Part shown: positions 63,001-64,000 of the stretch, one piece after another
Layout: every line of letters starts with the position of its first letter
Position numbering within the stretch: position 1 is the stretch's first letter
Source: Squalus acanthias
Lineage: Eukaryota
Direction: 5' to 3'
NCBI GenBank assembly: GCA_030390025.1
Contig: CM059431.1
Coordinates: forward strand, 155,808,001 to 155,872,000
DNA length: 64,000 nucleotides
Made by a program: the position numbers and the translations under genes
Notes under the pieces: model-generated
The model's input: only the letters and a program-made list of their open reading frames with translations
Database searches by the model: none
What the model was told of the DNA's origin: nothing

Positions 63001-64000
63001 ACCTATGCCAATTTCCACGTGGCTCAGGTAGTAATGCGGAGATTATTACCTTTGTGTTCTGCTTTTTAATATAGCCCCTAGCTGCTCAAACTCCCTCAGC
63101 AGAACCTCTTTCTTTGTCCTACATAGGTTATTGTTACCTACATGACCACGACAACTTAATCTTTCCCTTCCCACTTTGAAAAATATACTTAGATATCTCT
63201 TGGACTGCATCAAAACAATTCAAAATAAGAAGAGGGAACGTCAAATAATTAATAATCATTATGAATATACTGCCTGACTGACTTTCTTCCTGTCTCGCTG
63301 TTTGCCTGTCTGTCGATCAATCTATCTTTTATCTATAAAGAGACCTGTCTATATGATTACCCTATTTATGGATTGGTTAAACTGTACTCTGGTGTAATGG
63401 AATACACGGCAGTTTACTGTATGCAGTCGATGTATTATCATAAGCACACTGCAGGGTGAAGGCTTAATGCACAATCAGTGAAATTACCGACAATGTCCTA
63501 GAAATGGGCACGGGGAGGGGATGCAGTTTTGACATCGTGAGATTAATTGGAACGTGGTTAAGTGAATGTGCAGCCCCTTTTACATCTCTTCTGATTTTCA
63601 TTTCCACTGGCTACTTTCGCTGGTACTTTCAATTCGCTCTCGCCCATTTTACAACATAACAATAAGCCAAAATTACCGCCTGGAATGATCCCTGCGCCAA
63701 ACAGGGTAGGCCTGACCCCCACCCGAGATTGAGGTATACAGCATTGAAATGAAATAGTTGTGATTATATCAGTTCAACAAAAAGAGTAAACTCACCGGAC
63801 GTGTATATTCTTTTGTCATACCCGTTCGCTCCTTTCGCTTGCAGCCGTGGATGTCGAGGTGCATTCAATGAATGTGTGTGGCTCATCCTGTAAGTATTCA
63901 TGCTGAACAGATTTTCCGCAGGAGCATTTTCCTCTTCGTTACGATGAAATATTTCAGATTTAATACTGACAGGTCTATGCGTTATAGATGTATTCGTATG
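32944..64000 (-). CDS. Spliced NOD-like receptor (NLRC-type): N-terminal array of degenerate CARD-derived repeats, intact CARD-like domain, FISNA-like linker, NACHT, short LRR; 5' end outside window; at least 1205 aa
   Basis: Exons in transcription order: 64000(open)-63796, 59655-59486, 58179-58032, 56705-56536, 55233-55086, 53070-52901, 51595-51448, 40497-40328, 38529-38331, 36013-34294, 33794-33708, 33471-33280, 33034-32944. All junctions are GT-AG with matching phases; total 3618 nt, no internal stop. Confidence 0.75.
33280..33471 (-). CDS. NLR LRR exon (192 bp)
   Basis: cattgcag|G TTA AAA... = LKANDITDRCVENLVSALRENGSLMELDLSNDNQDCEQANRLTDYSVPALCRLIQSTAYLKEI, donor AG|gtgtgt, phase 2-2. 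Confidence 0.9.
33708..33794 (-). CDS. NLR LRR exon (87 bp)
   Basis: tttag|A CTC AAT GAG... = RLNENKLGDSGVKLLSAVLQKNDCKIQRLE, donor GA|gtgagt; ribonuclease-inhibitor-type LRR, phase 2-2. Confidence 0.92.
34294..36013 (-). CDS. NLR large exon (1720 bp): FISNA-like segment, NACHT NTPase, HD1/WHD/HD2, first LRRs
   Basis: Acceptor catatttag|AT ATA GAA (DIELQHKDNLRKQNE...). Walker A GASGIGKST, Walker B-like ILFIFDDLEEF, sensor-1 VLITSRP, MCNNPLYC, WHD motif YTFTHSVMQDFVAA, LRR start IEELNLSTSGIQDEGIHQL. Donor CTCAG|gtaatt (phase 2). Contains ORF 34290..35846. Confidence 0.95.
36628..37380 (+). mobile_element. Complete MITE in the NLR intron (possibly PIF/Harbinger-ISL2EU group)
   Basis: Perfect 13-bp TIR tgggccagaaatt (36628-36640) / aatttctggccca (37368-37380); no transposase ORF. 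Confidence 0.85.
38331..38529 (-). CDS. NLR CARD-like domain exon 2 (199 bp)
   Basis: ttatttttag|AAT ATA AGA = NIRTLSESHRRNEASELIFDTVLEKGARAQRTIWCTLFHLQGKETKLKTTLSEILTKGTDGESDLE, donor GAAG|gtaggt (phase 1). An alternative phase-1 donor AAAG|gtacag lies at 38358. The A-x-x-L-I-x-D-x-V-L-x-K-G pattern resembles the C-terminal helices of CARDs. Confidence 0.85.
38700..39060 (-). mobile_element. L2-like 3' remnant
   Basis: aacgtcccaatgcgcttca...ggagggaattccagagg pattern. Confidence 0.5.
40328..40497 (-). CDS. NLR CARD-like domain exon 1 (170 bp)
   Basis: ccttgacag|AA AAT TCA = ENSGNKILLTLARCTNIQLRRIIVSYRQRLEQSIEEVIEDVSQSLVEANVFTETDHK, donor AAG|gtatgc; phase 1 to 0. Confidence 0.85.
41560..44650 (+). 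repeat. Minisatellite 2 array inside the NLR intron, interrupted by a LINE fragment at about 42700-43090
   Basis: Same 39-bp unit. Confidence 0.92.
44650..46325 (+). mobile_element. CR1 with a large internal deletion (ORF1 start joined to ORF2 RT)
   Basis: Cys-rich ORF1 start near 44915, then RT motifs (YINDID...KFAADTK); tail (ttctatga)n. Confidence 0.8.
46330..50610 (+). mobile_element. Degenerate CR1 (ORF1 esterase and endonuclease region), split by a younger CR1
   Basis: ORF1-like gtggtaggtgacaatatagtc; ORF2 RSIRNKFDEL...ETWLQ; resumes at 49242. Confidence 0.85.
47124..49241 (-). mobile_element. Young 5'-truncated CR1 with an uninterrupted ORF2 RT portion
   Basis: ORF 47363..49297 (644 aa; the first residues come from flanking DNA) with YLDFQKAFDKVPH, GVPQGSVLGP, KFADDTK; tail (cataagaa)n; ttaa duplicated at 47120-47123 and 49242-49245. 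Confidence 0.95.
50610..51250 (+). repeat. Minisatellite 2, continued; the first 100 bp or so are inverted
   Basis: ctgtgaaaccccatacacaccctggcaggatccc (reverse unit) at about 50610, then forward units. Confidence 0.85.
51448..51595 (-). CDS. NLR N-terminal repeat exon B1 (148 bp), degenerate CARD exon-2 derivative
   Basis: ttctaatcag|AGC CAA CAG = SQQENAPPETLLSADNYSEVSPTHTVNEDLNPRLQEERASGYDRTAETS, donor CCG|gtgagt; phase 0 to 1, compatible with the acceptor at 40497. Confidence 0.75.
52901..53070 (-). CDS. NLR N-terminal repeat exon A1 (170 bp), degenerate CARD exon-1 paralog
   Basis: tattttacag|GC GAT GAT = GDDITGVGLTLSKDAETQQSQDTELYPVRIPEAIEGSVDGVRVNQNHINLFAGVEYE, donor GAG|gtatgt; same length and phases as exon 40328-40497. 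Confidence 0.78.
53291..53522 (+). mobile_element. RTE-type LINE 3' fragment
   Basis: Encodes a terminal C2H2-like motif CPTCDRVSRSLIALISHLRTH; absent from the other repeat units. Confidence 0.7.
53523..53838 (+). mobile_element. HE1-like V-SINE (tRNA-derived)
   Basis: A box tggcatagtgg (53527-53537), B box ggttcgaatcc (53571-53581), V domain tgtgtggagtttgcacattctccccgtgtctgcgtgggtttcctccgggtgctccggtttcctcccaca. Confidence 0.9.
53839..53958 (+). mobile_element. CR1 3' UTR joined to the SINE
   Basis: gcaggtacagggtactg...gggccgaatggcctactcc...tttctatgtttctatg, similar to 4641-4750. Confidence 0.8.
55086..55233 (-). CDS. NLR N-terminal repeat exon B2 (148 bp)
   Basis: ataatcag|AGC... SQQENAPTKTLLSTDIYSEISPTHTVNEDLHPRLEEKGGGGYNRTAQTS, donor CCG|gtgaga. 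Confidence 0.75.
56536..56705 (-). CDS. NLR N-terminal repeat exon A2 (170 bp)
   Basis: attttacag|GA GAT TAT = GDYITGVGLTLSTNAETQQSKDTELYPDRIPEDIEGSVNGVRANQNHIKLFARVEYE, donor GAG|gtatgt. Confidence 0.78.
58032..58179 (-). CDS. NLR N-terminal repeat exon B3 (148 bp)
   Basis: ataatcag|AGA CAA CAG = RQQENVPTKTLLSTDNYSEVSPTHTVNEDLHPRLQEKGGGGYERTAQIS, donor CAG|gtgaga. Confidence 0.75.
59486..59655 (-). CDS. NLR N-terminal repeat exon A3 (170 bp)
   Basis: actttacag|TG GAT GTT = VDVITGVGPTVSTEADTHESKDIELYRDRLPKAIEGSVDGISGNQNHKDLLTPVKYE, donor GAG|gtatgt; YRDRLPKAIE matches YRQRLEQSIE of the intact CARD exon 1. Confidence 0.78.
59717..63172 (-). mobile_element. CR1 LINE inserted in the intron between exons B4 and A3
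   Basis: RT and endonuclease fragments (YLDFQKAFDKLPH, MGDFNLHI); acttt on both flanks; empty site visible in the other units (tactttgg(a/g)aaatgt). Confidence 0.92.
63796..64000 (-). CDS. NLR N-terminal repeat exon B4 (longer form, cut by the window edge)
   Basis: Frame open to the window end: HTNTSITHRPVSIKSEIFHRNEEENAPAENLFSMNTYRMSHTHSLNAPRHPRLQAKGANGYDKRIYTS, donor CCG|gtgagt; homologous to B1-B3 and to CARD exon 2. Confidence 0.7.

Larger units (their letters stand above)
51250..64000. repeat. Tandem segmental duplication, about 2.95-kb unit, three complete units plus part of a fourth
   Basis: Homologous blocks recur: donor motif ctcacc at about 51443, 55081, 58027 and 63791; gatcaatctat...gtaatggaatacacggc at about 53270, 56904 and 63315. 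B2-B3 spacing is 2946 bp; B1-B2 is 3638 bp because of a retroelement insertion; the fourth interval contains a CR1. Confidence 0.92.

Overview
Vertebrate genomic DNA, very likely a cartilaginous fish (HE1/V-SINE, Deu-domain SINE, dense CR1 LINEs, a Penelope-like element). Most of the window is nested retroelements, MITEs and two minisatellites (about 34 bp and 39 bp units). The one clear host gene is a spliced, minus-strand NOD-like receptor (CARD-like death fold, NACHT, short LRR) running from beyond 64000 to a stop at 32944. I could assemble 13 phase-compatible GT-AG exons giving an open frame of at least 1205 aa. The notable feature is an about 2.95-kb tandem genomic duplication (51.2-64 kb) upstream of the intact two-exon CARD. 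Each unit carries a 170-bp and a 148-bp exon that are degenerate copies of the two CARD exons. The predicted receptor therefore has three full and one partial CARD-derived, proline/polar-rich repeats at its N-terminus, plus a non-canonical Walker B and few LRRs. The model comes from reading the sequence by eye and has no transcript support.
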